Shown: positions 25,800 through 39,681 of the stretch, piece after piece
How positions within the stretch are numbered: position 1 is the stretch's first letter
Layout of the letters: every line of letters begins with the position of its first letter
Assembly (NCBI GenBank): GCA_964247055.1
Contig: OZ176055.1
Span: 7,130,001-7,194,000 of the forward strand
Origin: Paragordius varius
Taxonomy: Eukaryota > Animalia > Nematomorpha
Length of the DNA stretch: 64,000 bases
Direction: 5' to 3'
Notes under the pieces: generated by a model
What the model saw: only the letters and a program-made list of their open reading frames with translations
What the model was told of the DNA's origin: nothing
Database searches by the model: none
Program-made: the position numbers and the translations under genes

Positions 25800-26853
25800 T
25801 CAGGTGTAGTCATATGTTTTTACCAATTTGTTAAAAAAATCTAGTTTTAATCAATTATTTATTTTAATCAATATATTGTCCATCGGATTTTATATATTTC
25901 GGCCATCTCTCAGGCCATATATAAATTCCATTCAGAAAAGCGAATGTTTTTTTTGAAAAACCATTCGTAATGCCATTTTCAACGTCTTTAACAATATGCC
26001 TCATTGATGCGAAAAGGTAATAGTCAGATATGCCGAAGAGTTTCTCATTAAAGTGATTTTAAGTTGTATTTTACTAGTTTGTTTTGTGTAAAATGGAGCA
26101 TAATCTCATGCCTTCGCATTCCGATTTTTCCGATAATGCCTAGTTTGAATTAATCATTTTTTGACGATAGTGTTGTGTATTAATGGATCCACTAGGATTT
26201 AAAATTATATATAATACCTCTTCGGTTCCACTAAACACACAGGGTTTTCTTGCTGAAGCAATTTGGCCTAGGTGTTGATATATAGGTTTGCCAATATGAA
26301 AGCCCTGATTTTTTCCGCCTTGAATTTACATCCTTTTTTCATCACTCTTTCGTTGCACAAGGTTCACAAGTCACTTTGCAATTTTCCATTTAAAAATCCA
26401 AATACCCGATTTAATTTACTTTTTCGTCTTTCTCTTCGTATTTTATTTATTGTTTTTTGTGATACATTCAATGCTTCTGTGAATTGCTATTGAATTTGAG
26501 GTGGGTCATCATCCCATAACTCGTGTATCGTTTTCGCAGTTCTTTGATCTACCAGGGCTCTGACCACTCTATCTTGTTACCCTCATTTTAATATTTCAAA
26601 ACCATGTTTTATATGTTTTACTCAATGCCTGTTACCAATTGTCTATACCCGCAAGGAGTGACTTTCAACAGTATTTTTATGAAATGAGCAATGTCGCAAA
26701 CATTTTTTTGGTACAAAACTTGACATAATTACTGAATGATCAAAATATAACGCCATCTTTTGGCGAAGTTAGGTAGTACGGAGCAATTATCATATTTGTG
26801 AAAACCTGTCTGAAAGACTCGTATGCCGAAAAAACCATAAGCACTAATCCTAA
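25800..26853 (-). mobile_element. Decayed mariner transposon (Mos1/mauritiana-like)
   Basis: Minus-strand fragments MSSFVPKK.., CKVTCE, DYYLFASMRH and GIYIWPERWPKYIKSDGQYID match recalled Mos1 segments (MSSFVPNK, DYHLFASMGH, GIHKLPERWEKCVASDGKYFE). Degenerate TIR TA|TCAGGTGTAGTCATATGTTTTTACC with a loose inverted copy near 26830-26853. Confidence 0.85.
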
Positions 26854-28172
26854 TACAAATGGGGGTCAAACGTCATATAAAAGGAATGAATGCAAAAAAT
26901 AGCTTCGATCTTGAAATTTTTATATATAATATATATAAGAAATATTAAAAAAACAGTTAAAATAGCCTCTAAAAATAAAATATTGGATAATATGGATATT
27001 TTCTTAATTTTAACTTTTTAAAATCATCTAAAACTACCCGGATAAGATTTTGTAATTTATAAATAAAGATGAAGCTTTTGTTTTCTATATTTGATTTGAA
27101 TTATTTAAAAATCTTCGAGGCTAATCGAACATGTTAGGGCGCAAACACGCAAAGAAAAATCTACCTCTAAAAATACAATTCCGCAAGTAAAATTTATATG
27201 TTTGTTGGTTAATTATAAATTTAACCATATAAAATAAGCTTTTTACTATTTAAGCTATAATTGAACTGTATCAGGGTTCAAACAACTTTAATGACAGTTT
27301 CGGTGTGCAAAGACTTTCCAGCTGTTGATACGAGTAAAACTAAGCTAAAAAAGATTGATTATAAAAAAAAGTTTTATCGTTATTCACCGTGAGTTTTTAA
27401 ATATAGAAATTTAGATGATTTTAGCATGTTATATATATAAAAATTTTAAACGCTTTATCTAACCATCTTATTTGTGTTTTATAATTATATCAATTACTCA
27501 TGTTAATATGTATTCACAATTCAAATTCATCGGAAAATTCAAATTAGCCTTAAATATAAATTATGTGTTTTCGGGCTAAAATCCCGATTAATATATATAT
27601 ATATATATGTATATATGGCATGTTTATTATTTTTTCAGTATTATTTTAATTTTATACAAATTTAATTATTTTAATAAAAAACACATAATTTATTTTAGGT
27701 GAATTCAATTTAAAGGCTGAATTTCAATTGTTTAAGGGTTAATTTGAATTGTTTAAGAGTGAATTTGAATTTTTATAACAGTCATATATATGGTGAAAAA
27801 TTCATAAATTTTATTCTTAATTTTAATCAAAAATTTATTTATTTTAAAGATTTAAATTCATTTATTAAATAAATCATGAATACATCTTGACGTTTCCCTC
27901 TATCGCTTTTATCTTTATTCTGAATAATTAGAAACATACCATTAATAAAGTCAGATTTAGATGGGATCAATATATATGACAACCAAATTTTGCTATGAAA
28001 CATTATATGGCTAGTATATAAATTTTTACAAATAACTCGTGCGCTGTTTTATAACGATTCATCCTAACGGACAACTGATTTTAAAGGCTCTAAATTAAAA
28101 AAAAACTTATCAATATATTTTTGTAATTAAGAAAAATAATTATCCACAAATTTATTTGTTCACAGATAGGAA

Positions 28173-29769
28173 TTAAAAAATTTTGTCCGCGTATTGAGGG
28201 TATTGAGTTACAGGCATTGTAATAGATTGATTGCATACAGATGGTTTTTCTCTTTTCTTCGTCATGTGCAATTTTGATCGTTTATTCTGAAACCAATTTT
28301 TTACCTAAGAAACCGTATAAAAAACAATATAGAATTATTTAAGCGCAAAACTTAAAAAACTACAAATAAAAGTTAAAGATAAGACTACTACCTGATCTTC
28401 TTCCAACCCTAAACGTCTAGCAATTCCAATTCTACCCCAAGAATTTATGTAATGATGCTGGCTAAAATGTTCTTCCAAAATTTGTAATTGGAATTGTGAG
28501 AATTCAAAACGTTCCTTTTTTCTCGACAAGTTGGACTGCGTTGCATTTAACTGATAATCAGTAAAGTGTCCTGTAGCAAAAAAACATTAATTAGTAAATC
28601 CTAATTAGGTAAAAAAAAACTTTTTAATGTAAATATAATACACGACATACTACCTTGTTGAGCCATTTCACTATTTGCCACAATCAAATTATTTGTACTT
28701 TGACTCTGTGAGAAAGATTGTTGCTTAAAAATATATTGCTGATTTTGATAAACGTGATTATTGTAATTTTGTGCGGGTATTTGTGTTAAAACCGGTTGTT
28801 GTTGTCTTTGTTGTTCCGTGTTAAAATTCTTTAAAAAATTATTGTGATTAGAAATATAATTTGACGAAACTCGATTTTGATTAGAAAAATAATTTGATGA
28901 CACTCGATTTTGATTAAAAATATTTGCCAACACTCGGTTTTGATTAGAAAAATTTCGGAAAGCTCGATTTTTATTAGAAATATTTGCCAAAACTCGATTT
29001 TGATTAGAAGGAGGATTGTGACTGGTTAATTTTAAGCCATGATTTATTCCATTTAAAATATTTTTATTGTTATTGCTGATGTTGATGTTGTTAATAATAT
29101 TGCGTTGATAAAGAGTATTGCCACCAATTATATTATTATTGTTCTTATTATTGTAACAATTAATGTTTGCTGTATCCCGATTCACCACACCAGTTTGTTG
29201 AGCGTTTTGATTGCTTATTATTTGATTTAAATTATTGTTAATATCGAACTTAAATTGTAAGCCTGAATCATTGACGTTCTTAAGTGGTGCAGCCATTTTA
29301 ATATACTTTAATTTGATTGAAGCCTTTTGGGGTGATGGTGGTAATGTTTCTATTTGCCAGGGGTGAGACAAAGCCAGGAGCTCTTGTTTAATTTGAAAAA
29401 TTTTGGAGTAGGCATCATCAAATACGGGTTCCTCTGCAAGATATGCACAATCATTTGCAAGTTGAGATTTTTTATTCCGTTCAATAACTTGTTCATCACT
29501 GAAATATCGATTTATATCCCGCGTTGCGAATTCATGAGCTTCTCGTAGCGCGTTTTCCATTTCCGATAAACTATTGTCAAAATTCCTAACATAAGTTGGG
29601 CAACCTAAAAACCATTTAAAATTATGTCATAATATAATAAAATTGAAAAAATTATAAATGTGTTTTAAGCAAAATTATTACATTTTTTCGGTAAAACGTC
29701 TTGTAAAAAATTCATCATATCATCCATTGGAATCTCTAACTCACTTCTGGTATAGAATTCTATGGCCAT
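28173..29769 (-). CDS. Divergent homeodomain transcription factor (exons ~29769-29745, 29604-28654, 28570-28392, 28304-28173)
   Basis: Spliced 60-aa homeodomain RKKERFEFSQFQLQILEEHFSQHHYINSWGRIGIARRLGLEEDQ/VKNWFQNKRSKLHMTK with invariant L16, F20, W48, F49, N51, R53 and an intron between codons 44 and 45. Long N/Q-rich N-terminal exon. The start exon (MAIEFYTR, donor GTGAGT) is tentative. Confidence 0.9.
28843..29008 (-). repeat. In-frame coding minisatellite, ~5 units of 30-33 bp
   Basis: Peptide repeats NQNRVLANIS, NKNRAFRNFS, NQNRVLANIF, NQNRVSSNYFS and NQNRVSSNYIS within the homeobox gene's long exon. Confidence 0.85.
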
Positions 29770-31033
29770 CCTTTTTAATATCAAATGAGGAATTATTTCC
29801 CAAATAATATCGAATTGTTAAGTCCGATAAAATTGTAAAATTATGTAATAAAAATTAATTTTCTGGCTCAATGTCCAAAGTCCATGGTATTTATACTAGA
29901 TGACACCCCTAAAAGTTAATTTATTACAGGGGTGGAGAATCTTACACTTTATATATATATATATATCTTATTAACAAATTGATTTTTACCTTTACACACA
30001 CTCCACTTTTTCATAATGCAAAAGTCACTTCAATATTTCAATCAATTAACTTTATTTCGCTTTAAACTGGTTTAAATCCTTGTAAACATGTAACATAACA
30101 AAAATATTGTAGCCATTAAGTCTGTTAGACACTTGAATATTGGCTTTTTGTCACATAATAATACATATTCTAATTTTTATTTTTCATATCTGTATAAAAA
30201 TATTTTAAGTGTTTTGATTATATTTATTATGTAATTAAAAGTTATTAACAAGATTAATAATTTTTAACAAAAGTCTCCTCCGTATAATAACTTCTTTTGA
30301 GTAAGAATTAATTTATTTAATAACCAATAAATGATATGAGCTTGAACTTGATTTTAATTTATTTTATATAACATATTTAAAAGACCTAATTTAAATAAAA
30401 CTTTCTAAAACTCTGTACATTATTATTATTATTTGAAAAATTTACATATAAAAAATAAACAATAATAGGTAAAGTCTTTGTTGTTCCCACCAATTTTCGA
30501 ATATGAACGGTTTTTATTGAAAAAAAATAAAATCAATCAATCAATGATTCAAAAATTTTAGAGAAAATATATTATTTTTTGATTAAAGTTCATGACACAC
30601 ATTTTTACTTTAATAAAACTACAAAAAAAGTTAAGTTATATCGATATAAAGCAGTGAACAATGTAGGAAGTTACAGGGGTAGTTTGATGAGTTATATGCT
30701 GAATACAGTTAAGTGAAATTATTTGCTACTGAACAACACAAACTAAAACATTGAATCGCTTTTAAACTTTTACTTTTTAGAGAAATCAATAAATCAGTTT
30801 TTTTCTTCAAATTTTTTGACAATTCAATTACATATATTATAATATAATAAGATTAAAGACATGATCATTTTTCGCATGACCCTGTATTTATTTTATTTTA
30901 ATATCCTTTTATTGCAGTGATTATTTGATGGGATAATACAATAAAAACCTTTTCTTATAGAAGTAGCTCTAATTACCATTTCAATTCCATCATTAAAATA
31001 TTCGTTTTGGTAAAAAGAATTGCTTGGTATAAT

Positions 31034-34000
31034 ATGAAAATTTATACATATCAATCATTAACTTGGAATGTGGTAAGTTATCCAATTATATGTATCAAAT
31101 TTTAAAAATTTAACGGTATTTTTAAATTTTAAAACCACTAAATTATTGGGTGATTACTTTTATAAATTCATACAGTTTAGGGTGTTATCTTTTTTCTATA
31201 AGTATGATAAATTCTCTTAGGACCCGTGAAAGCTTAATTGCTAACATAAGGTTGACGATTATAGGTGATTTTACAATAAACACAACCTTCAATCTGACTT
31301 TACGAAAATAAAATCTATAACACATGATCTTTAGGGGTAGTTTTATATCCCCGAGCGATTTAAATACTGAATAATTTAAGGTATTAGGCCGAATTTAAAA
31401 TATGCACTCTTTACTTTTTAGGAGCATAAAAATTTTTTAATTTAAAATTGTTAAAATTCTCATCTCGAACTTTTTCGCCGCCATTTTCTTCTCTCATAGT
31501 TTTTTATCCTAATGCAATAAACAAAAAATGCATATTATGATTAGAAAATGTAAATAATTAGGTTTGGCAAGATTTTGGTTTGATTTTACCAGCAGAAACT
31601 TGATATTTATTGATTTTTAAATCAGCTGTTTAGCTTATTGCTTTTTATAGCTGTCTCAATTTTGACTAAGAAGTCACAAAACTCTAAAAAATAGAAGGCT
31701 TGTTATCTTCAATGAAAAATGTTTAATAATTAAAATTTAAACTAAAACTTTCAAATCAGTAGTTTATTTACAAGATTGAGCTCTGGGATATGAAATTACT
31801 TAAATATATCACGGACTAAGAAAAGGTAAATGAAGTGTTAAAACTCTAAAACAAGGTGTTCAATACAAATGGCTTCGTCAGCCGCATTCGAAATATGAAT
31901 AAGAATTTATTAGATTTTAAACATAAGACGGAAAAAATTTCCCAAAACTACAAATATTTTCTTCACCGTTTTTATTAATTTTGTTTACCAATGGAAAGAC
32001 TTACTCTGAAAATTGGTTTCACAAATCAATAGGATTAAGAACATATTTTTCCGAATTGTGGAATTCGTTTTTATTTGCTAATTTTTCAAAATATTTTGCA
32101 GGTCGCTCATAATATCTCTGAGACCTGCATGCGGCCCGCGAATGGGACACCCCTGATTTAAGATTTATAGAAATTTGAAGGGTGTCATTAAATCATGATT
32201 TGCACAAACGTTAGCATTAACACTTTGTATCAAACGGGGGTATTTAAATACCCCAGACTATATTTAAATTAATATTTTAAAAGATTTACTGAAAGAAACG
32301 GCCCCATTTTAAATTTATGCTTCTCTATTCTAACGAAAATTATATAAATAGGCCGAATCTAGATAAAATTTATTTTGAAAAAACTTATCAAACTACTTGG
32401 ACGCCATTTTTGTTTTACAACATTTTTGCAAAATATCGTGTTTATTTAATTTTAAAGCTAAATTAAAACTAATATTTTATTTGAATCAAATCTAACATTA
32501 ATAGAGACAGAAAAAGACGTTTATTTTATATATTTTTAAATTTAGCTAATGCACACATGTCAGGTTGACTAGATTTTAACTTTTGGATTTTACATATCAA
32601 GTATTTTTAAATGATTTTTTATATAATTGAGTCTATTAATGTATATAAGTGCAAATTTCTGCCATGGTTTCGATTTCTTCCATATTTTTTGAGGTATTAA
32701 TTTTAAACGGGCCTGGGGTATATCCATCTACCCAAATTTGAATTGAAGGACTGAAATGAATGTGTTGTATCCCAGTGTTAATATGGTTTATGTATATGTG
32801 TTGTATGGTTATTCATTTCATAAAATAGATATGGTTTGGTTTAGTCTTATTGTGTGTGTACAAAAAGACAGTTTATTCAAGCTCTCGGCTTGAAGAATTG
32901 AATAAATTTGCCCTTAAAGTCTATAAAATTGATAATACCCAAACTAATTATAAGCCAAATAAAAATAAATTTTCAACCGTACCAACGTACAAATATAATA
33001 CCTTCATGATGCTCACATCTACTATACCCACAACAACATTTTCAGAAACACGGGAAGTAAAAAAAGCTCTTCCTCTCACGAACCAAATCCTTGCCCCTCC
33101 TAAAAATACCAATAGAATCTGGATTTCAAATGGAATAGAAACATTTTCCAATTATAAATCCATCAATGAAAAGGGGGCTAAAACTCGCGTGAAACCATTA
33201 ATGATAGGCCAAAAAGTTGATGATGCCTCTGTTTTAAATAAACGACCCTATTACACATTTCAGATAAAGAATTCTACCAATTTCATGTCGGCTAAAAATT
33301 TTGATTCCGGTGCTAAATCCTATTATTACAATCCAAACACGTCTGTAGATAATATAGATCATATTAACCATATAAGAAATATAGATCAACCTTTAGGAGC
33401 GTATGACCTGGATGATTGGCAACACAATAAATTACAAGTATATAGAAAAAAGAAAAAAAGCGATTACCTTGTTAAAGAATTTTCTCAACGGACCAAAAAC
33501 CAATCCGATGGGATAATGGCCGACGTAAATGACAAACCTGACAAACTTTTACAGTTAGATGGGGCTGGTGGTTCTGTCCCATCTATTCACCAATTTATAC
33601 CTTATGCGTATGAGCGTGGATATGCATATTCTATCAAACAAATCGGGCCCCCCACTGATAACATTGATAAACTTTATCCGAGCTTTCTGAAACCGCCTCA
33701 AGATCCACCAGAATTGCCTTCAGCATCCTTGTTTCCAGCATACCATCCGCAAGTGTTACCGGATATACGTCCCAATGATAACACTAAACCAAAAACACAT
33801 CAAAAGTCTACTACCCACACAAAAATTAAAAGTAAAAAACGTAAGAAAGCCAAAAACACAAATAAGAAAGAAAAATATATGAAGATGGCATCCAAAAATC
33901 GATGGAATTTACAAAACTTTGACAAACCCATTGAAGATTCTAAGAATGAAAAAAGCTCTTGGAATGGTAAAAACGCTTCTCACAATAATAGAAATTCTCA

Positions 34001-37000
34001 GACCAAAAAAGTAAATGATAACCCTACAGCAGGTGAGAATGATGATAAAAGCGTAGCAAAATCGGGTTACATAAAATATGGGAAAGTGTATGGCAAAGGG
34101 ATTGAAAAAATCAAATATTACAACTATTCATCCGAAGCTAGCAGTAATTTTAATCAGAAGCAATCACCGCTAAAAAATAGGGATCCCATATCCAATTCTC
34201 ATACTGGGTCAGATTTCTTGCCATCCACACATTACTACAGTTCCGAGGATGATGGAATTGATGAGGAAAACGATGGTTCAGACCAAGCTCACCCCAAAAT
34301 TGAGTTTATGGATGAAAAATTGTTTGATGCAAGACGACGTAAAATTATCCAATCCAAAATAGAGGAAAGGGAACACGCTTTCAAAACCAAACTACAAAAT
34401 GGAAAAGACAATGTGCCAGAACAAGATCCGATTCTTGAAAACTTACGCAAAATACAGGAAGAGGAAGGCACAGGTGAGTTTTTTTATTCACCACCTGTTT
34501 ATCGTGTAAGCCATTATGAAGAAGATCCCAATTTCAATGCAAAAGGTTATGTTCCCTACAAAAGCTTCGATAATGGGAATGGAAATTTGCAAGCGCAAAA
34601 AGATTACACGGATGCAAGCATGTTCAAAAATCCGGAAAATAAAATTAAAAGTACAACCCTACAATTTATTTTTAACATGTGTAAGTTATTTTCAAACTGA
34701 ATAATTGCTTGTTTACAGATATACAAGTGAAATGTGACCTCTTCAAGGACACGATGGAAGTCAAGTTAGATTTTAATGAAGCTTTCGATGGGATAATTTA
34801 TACAAAGGGCTACTTCAAAGGTAGCAAATGTAAAGCGTATGGGACTGGGACAAAACAAATGTTTTTCACGTTTCCTTTGGATGCTTGTGGAACTGAGATT
34901 AAGAATCAAAAAGTATGTGAGATATTTGAATTTTTTTTAACAAAATCATTTAAATAAAATGTTTTCAAAACATTTCCATGCAATCAATCAGTTTAAAGCG
35001 AGTGATGACGCATCTGCTGGAAATGGTGTTGAAAATCAGGCGGCCTCTGGAACAGATTTAGGAAACGTCGGAACTGACAATGAAATAAACACGGGTGGAG
35101 ATATATATTATTTCAACACAATCATCATTTTGAATGAGGCTAAATGGGCCATCTTGGATGGTTTGGATCGAGCTTTTAAGATTAGCTGTCATGTTGGGAT
35201 GGAAGGCACCAAAAAAATTCAAAGCTATTTACGAGTACCGTAAGTTTTATTAACCAAAATATTTTGTTTTTTTTCCATTGGCAATTTAGATTGATAAGCT
35301 ATGGATTTTAATAAGGTTGGTAATATTTAGGGAATAGGCAACTGATGTATCAATAATAACATTAATATGCAAAACAATGCACCCCTTTTAAACCTGTTTT
35401 GTGAAACTGGTAATGCATTAGAAGCTGTATATATATTTTAATTTTGCAAACAATATTATAATGTAGCCTTAGTGATGTAATTTTATAAAATTTGGTATTT
35501 TTCAAATGATATGTTATAACATACTGCTCATTAAACCTAGAAATAATATTTACTTCCATACTTATAAGGATCGTTTAATAAGCGTAGCACTATTTAAATT
35601 TTTGTCACGCTGTCGTCAAATATGTAATTTCCTGAAACACCTTCTAAAATATTTAAAAAAATATGTGACAAAATTAAAATTAGTCATATTCAATGAATTT
35701 TAATAAATAAGCCGCTTTTCCACTTCAGACTATGTTTCGAATCGATAAACTATGTATGATGAAGAGTAAAGAATTATAAAAATCTAGGCCTCTTAATCAA
35801 ATACCGGAATCCCAGCTAGTCGCAACTATATTTATTATTATACAAAGTCTTTTTATAATGGTTGGAAAAAATATATATTAAGAAAAATTTATCAGTAAAA
35901 TTTTAAAATATTAATAGTTTTAAGGTCCGACAAAAGTTGATTCACAAACGACAGGAATAAAACGTTGTTAAGGAACTCTTTTTGACACCGCACTCGATTA
36001 TAACCACAGCAATAAAACTTTTTAGAATCGGTGTCGATGTTTATTATTATGTTTTTTATTTTGGAATTAGTATGTTTCACACAGAGGAAACAGCACCCTT
36101 TGAAATGACCCTTCCTGAGGTTTGGATGAAAATTGTTCAGGGGCGAGATCCGTTTCAGCGTGGCAGTGAAATCTTGGAACTCGGGAATGTAGGATCTCTT
36201 GTGGTCTTGCTGCATGATATAACTTGTAATAATATAATTTATTTCAATATAATTAACCATTTTTTTTCATATTATGATTTATTTTATATGTTGTTTGGAA
36301 TAGGTTCCTACGATTTGTACGTTTTCAATTGTTTTGCTCATGATGGCTACAACCAAGACAAAGTCAAATTAATTGACGAAAATGGGTAATATCGTGACAA
36401 TTTTTACATATTTGATATAATATGTTAAAATATGCATACATAATTTATATAACTTAGTTGTCCAGCTGAAAAGAATTTGATTTTACCGCAAGTCATCGAA
36501 AGAGCTAAATGTAAAACTGATACAAATGCATTGGAAAATGATATTAATATCCAAACCAGTCCCCAAAATCAAGATACCCTAAGCTTGTCTCCCTTCAAAA
36601 TTTTCAAGTTCCCTGACCAATCTCAAGTTTATTTTGAGTGTCATGCCAAAATATGCTTCTATGATTGCTATAAGGTAAATTTTTTTATACAGTAAAAATT
36701 GAAACTACACAAATAAAACGTAAAAATTAAAAGACAAATATTTTTGCTAAAAAGACTGCTATACTAAATCTTATTTCATACATAAACTTTAAATTACCAA
36801 TTTATATCTCTGATTCCCATTCCCACAAACACAATAAGTTATATTCAAACAAATCAAATCAATAAGTATGCTTTTAGAAAAAAAAATGTGTCCACGTTTT
36901 GTAATAGTTCATTATTTTTATAACTTTTTTTGTTCACAGCCAAAATGTGGTAATGAAGAGTCCCATTTACCAAGCTCTGAATTTGCCAGTGATGATAGCT

Positions 37001-37559
37001 ACACAAATGCCAGAAGGCGAAGAAGGCAAGCCAGTCAACATAACGGGAGTTACCCAGAGGGAACTTTCGTGACTACCATAAGCAGTTTGTTTGTAAATAA
37101 CCACAATAAAAGTAATTTAATGACCCAATCGCGACAAGATTCAACCCTAGATGGTAGTAGTAGTAGTAGTAGTAAGAAACATGAAGTTATCCCATTTGTC
37201 AATAAATCGGCCGATGTTAATTTATTTCAAGCAATCAAAGTTAGGATCCGAAATATTGACGAGGAGTTCCTAGCTGCCCAGGAACCTGGAAGTCTCTTCC
37301 ATACAGCAGATAGTATAAATGGTTACATTTTATATAAATTTATAAGTGAAGAAAATGTTGTTTTTACCTTCATTTCAATTTTCTTGTTTTAGGTGGTGCC
37401 ATAACTCTGCCTCTGAATAACAACAAAATCTGTTTTCCATTCTTGGGCTTTCTAACTACGGCCGGTCTATTAACGTCCTTCATGTTTGCCACAATATTCG
37501 CTTGCATTTATCTTTATACTGTGCGTCGTTTACCCAAAATGATGCAAAACTCATTTTAG
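31034..37559 (+). CDS. Type I membrane ZP-domain protein (cuticlin/Dusky-like apical extracellular matrix protein)
   Basis: Exon 1 MKIYTYQSLTWNV (donor GTAAGT) joins in frame to IWFGLVLLCVY at 32829, forming a signal peptide. A ~600-aa low-complexity region follows, then ZP-N (IQVKC..MEVKLDFNEAFDGIIYTKGY..CGTE; DRAFKISC), ZP-C (EVWMKIVQGRDP; YDLYVFNCFAHDG..KLIDENGC; FKFPDQSQVYFECHAKIC), furin site RRRRR, a TM helix and a short tail ending TAG at 37559. Confidence 0.92.
31852..32155. mobile_element. hAT-type MITE in ZP gene intron 1
   Basis: CAAGGTGTTCAA..GCCGCATTCG...GCATGCGGCCCGCGAATGGGACACCCCTG; flanks CTCTAAAA and ATTTAAGA (central TA). Confidence 0.75.
32221..32777. mobile_element. piggyBac-like MITE, copy C (ZP gene intron 1)
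   Basis: TTAA|CACTTTG..GGGGTATTTAAATACCCCAGAC...GTTGTATCCCAGTG|TTAA; collinear with copy A. Confidence 0.88.
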
Positions 37560-37993
37560 CACATTCAAATATACCTGAAAATATTTATATATATATATTA
37601 ATTTTTATATTTTAAGATGAACGAAATCGATTATGATATTGTAATGAAATTTGGAGCAAATAATTCAAAAAAATTATTTTTTACATTTACATGGTATTTT
37701 TCTTTATCATATGTTATTTTGTATAGCTTAACATTTATATTTTTTTCTAATAAATATTATTTATATAATGATGCAGTAAAAATTGACGTACTTTATGATT
37801 TATCAAATATTACAAAGTTTTCATATTTATACATGACTTGATATGTTTTCGGTATCTATATTTGTTGGTTAAATTTATTGAGCCCAGCTAATTTAATTAT
37901 GATCAATAATCAGTAGTAATTTTACTTTACAAGCATCAAAAAGATATTTTAATTTAAAAATATGAGATTTATCCTAACTGTTTTTGAAACTTG

Positions 37994-39139
37994 CCAGATG
38001 TATTCATAATCATTACCGGTTTAACTAAGAACGTAGGCGAGTGTGCAAACAATAATTCAATGCACACACCCCATCTTGCTCATCTGGCATTAAACTAAAT
38101 ATGAGTCCGCCAAAAGATAGCGTCTTTTTTAATCATACAGTAATTTTGTCGCATTTAATACCTGAAAAAGAATATTTGCATTAACTTACATTTTATCAGT
38201 AAGAAAAAGGCTGTTGCATGTCATCGTTTGCTGGTGGAAAGAAATGGTAAACATGCTTTGCCAAAAACATGCGAAACATGCTGTCGAAAATATAAAGGTG
38301 GTGTTTACAATGCGAAATAGAGAAGAGTATGGTAACAATAAAGTCAAGAGTTATTGGTTGAAGACCTATCACTCAAGAAATGACAGAAGCAATACATGTA
38401 ACACGAAAACAATTGGTAAACGTCTACGGGCAATGGGAAATACCATTTAACTTGTAAATGAATCCCACAATATTTAAATGAACTTAAAAACGAAATAGGA
38501 AATTGACTTAATCCGGCTTCAGCGTCTCGAAAGGAAATCATTTTTGCATCGAATTGTGACGGGCGATAAGAGGTGCCTTTATTTAAATAAAAGCGAAAAA
38601 AAATCATGGCTTTTATCTTGCCAAGCGATTCCATCAAAACCAAGCCTAAGTCGCTTCGGCAAAAAGATTACGCTCTTTATCTCTCTGATGGAAACAGAAC
38701 GGTATTATATATTGCGAACTACTGAAGGGTAAAACCGTTAATAAACGCTAACGTCAACAAATGATCAATGTAACCATGCATTAATCGAAAAACGACTGGA
38801 ATGATCCAGAAAACATGGCAAAATGATTTTACGCGTTAATGTTCGTATCACACAGAACCAGTTAGAGACTTCTTAAAATCGCTTCATTGGGAAATTTGCA
38901 TCATCCGCTAAACTCTTCTGTCATAGCGGCATATTATTAGTACATATTCGCATCAATGGGGCATTTGATTGGCACACTAATTATTTCAAAGACGTTGATA
39001 AATGGTATGACGAATATGCCGCAAAAAAACTGTTTACACAGAATCCGTTGGACAATATTTAAAATAAAAAATAATTGAATTCCTTTCGAATTTACATTTT
39101 TCTATTGAAACAGGTAAAAACTTATGACACTTAACTTGG
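37994..39139 (+). mobile_element. Decayed mariner transposon (Mos1/mauritiana-like), near full length
   Basis: HRIVTGDK..KKSWL..SRFGKK matches the mariner HRIVTGDEKW/RFGKK motifs, and other fragments are collinear with Mos1. Imperfect TIRs CCAGATGTATTCATAATCATTACCGGTTT and AAACAGGTAAAAACTTATGACACTTAACTTGG|TA. Many stops and frameshifts. Confidence 0.9.
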
Positions 39140-39681
39140 TAAATAAATTAATAAATAGTTAAGAGGCATATTGGACTGAAATAAAAAACTAACGGTATAA
39201 GGACTCCCGTAATGTTTTTAGCGTTATGGTTTATTTTTTAAATTAGTGCCAAACTATCATCAGTAGACATTTGACAAACTTTACATTAATGGTATAACAA
39301 TAATCCAAAATGTAGTAATTAAATGGATTAAGTTTGTTTACTCTAAAAAAGACGTTATTGTTTGTATCAAAAACATTATAAACGGACACATAAGTAGTTA
39401 TATGGGTATCAAAAATAATTAGTCAAGAAATATGTAAATCAAATTATTAGTATTTTATTAATCATTTATTGCATCTTAAGTGGCCAAAACATAAAGAGTT
39501 ACAAAGATACATAATATACCATATACAGTGTATTAAATTTTGGACTTTAAGGTTAATTATATTTAGATAAAGACAAATGGGCTTTAAATTCGCGAAAAAC
39601 TTAAAAATCGATCATATAAAAGAAACAATCGCAAAAAATCCAAATGTGCCAAACAACTTTCCAATATTTTAACTATAAATA

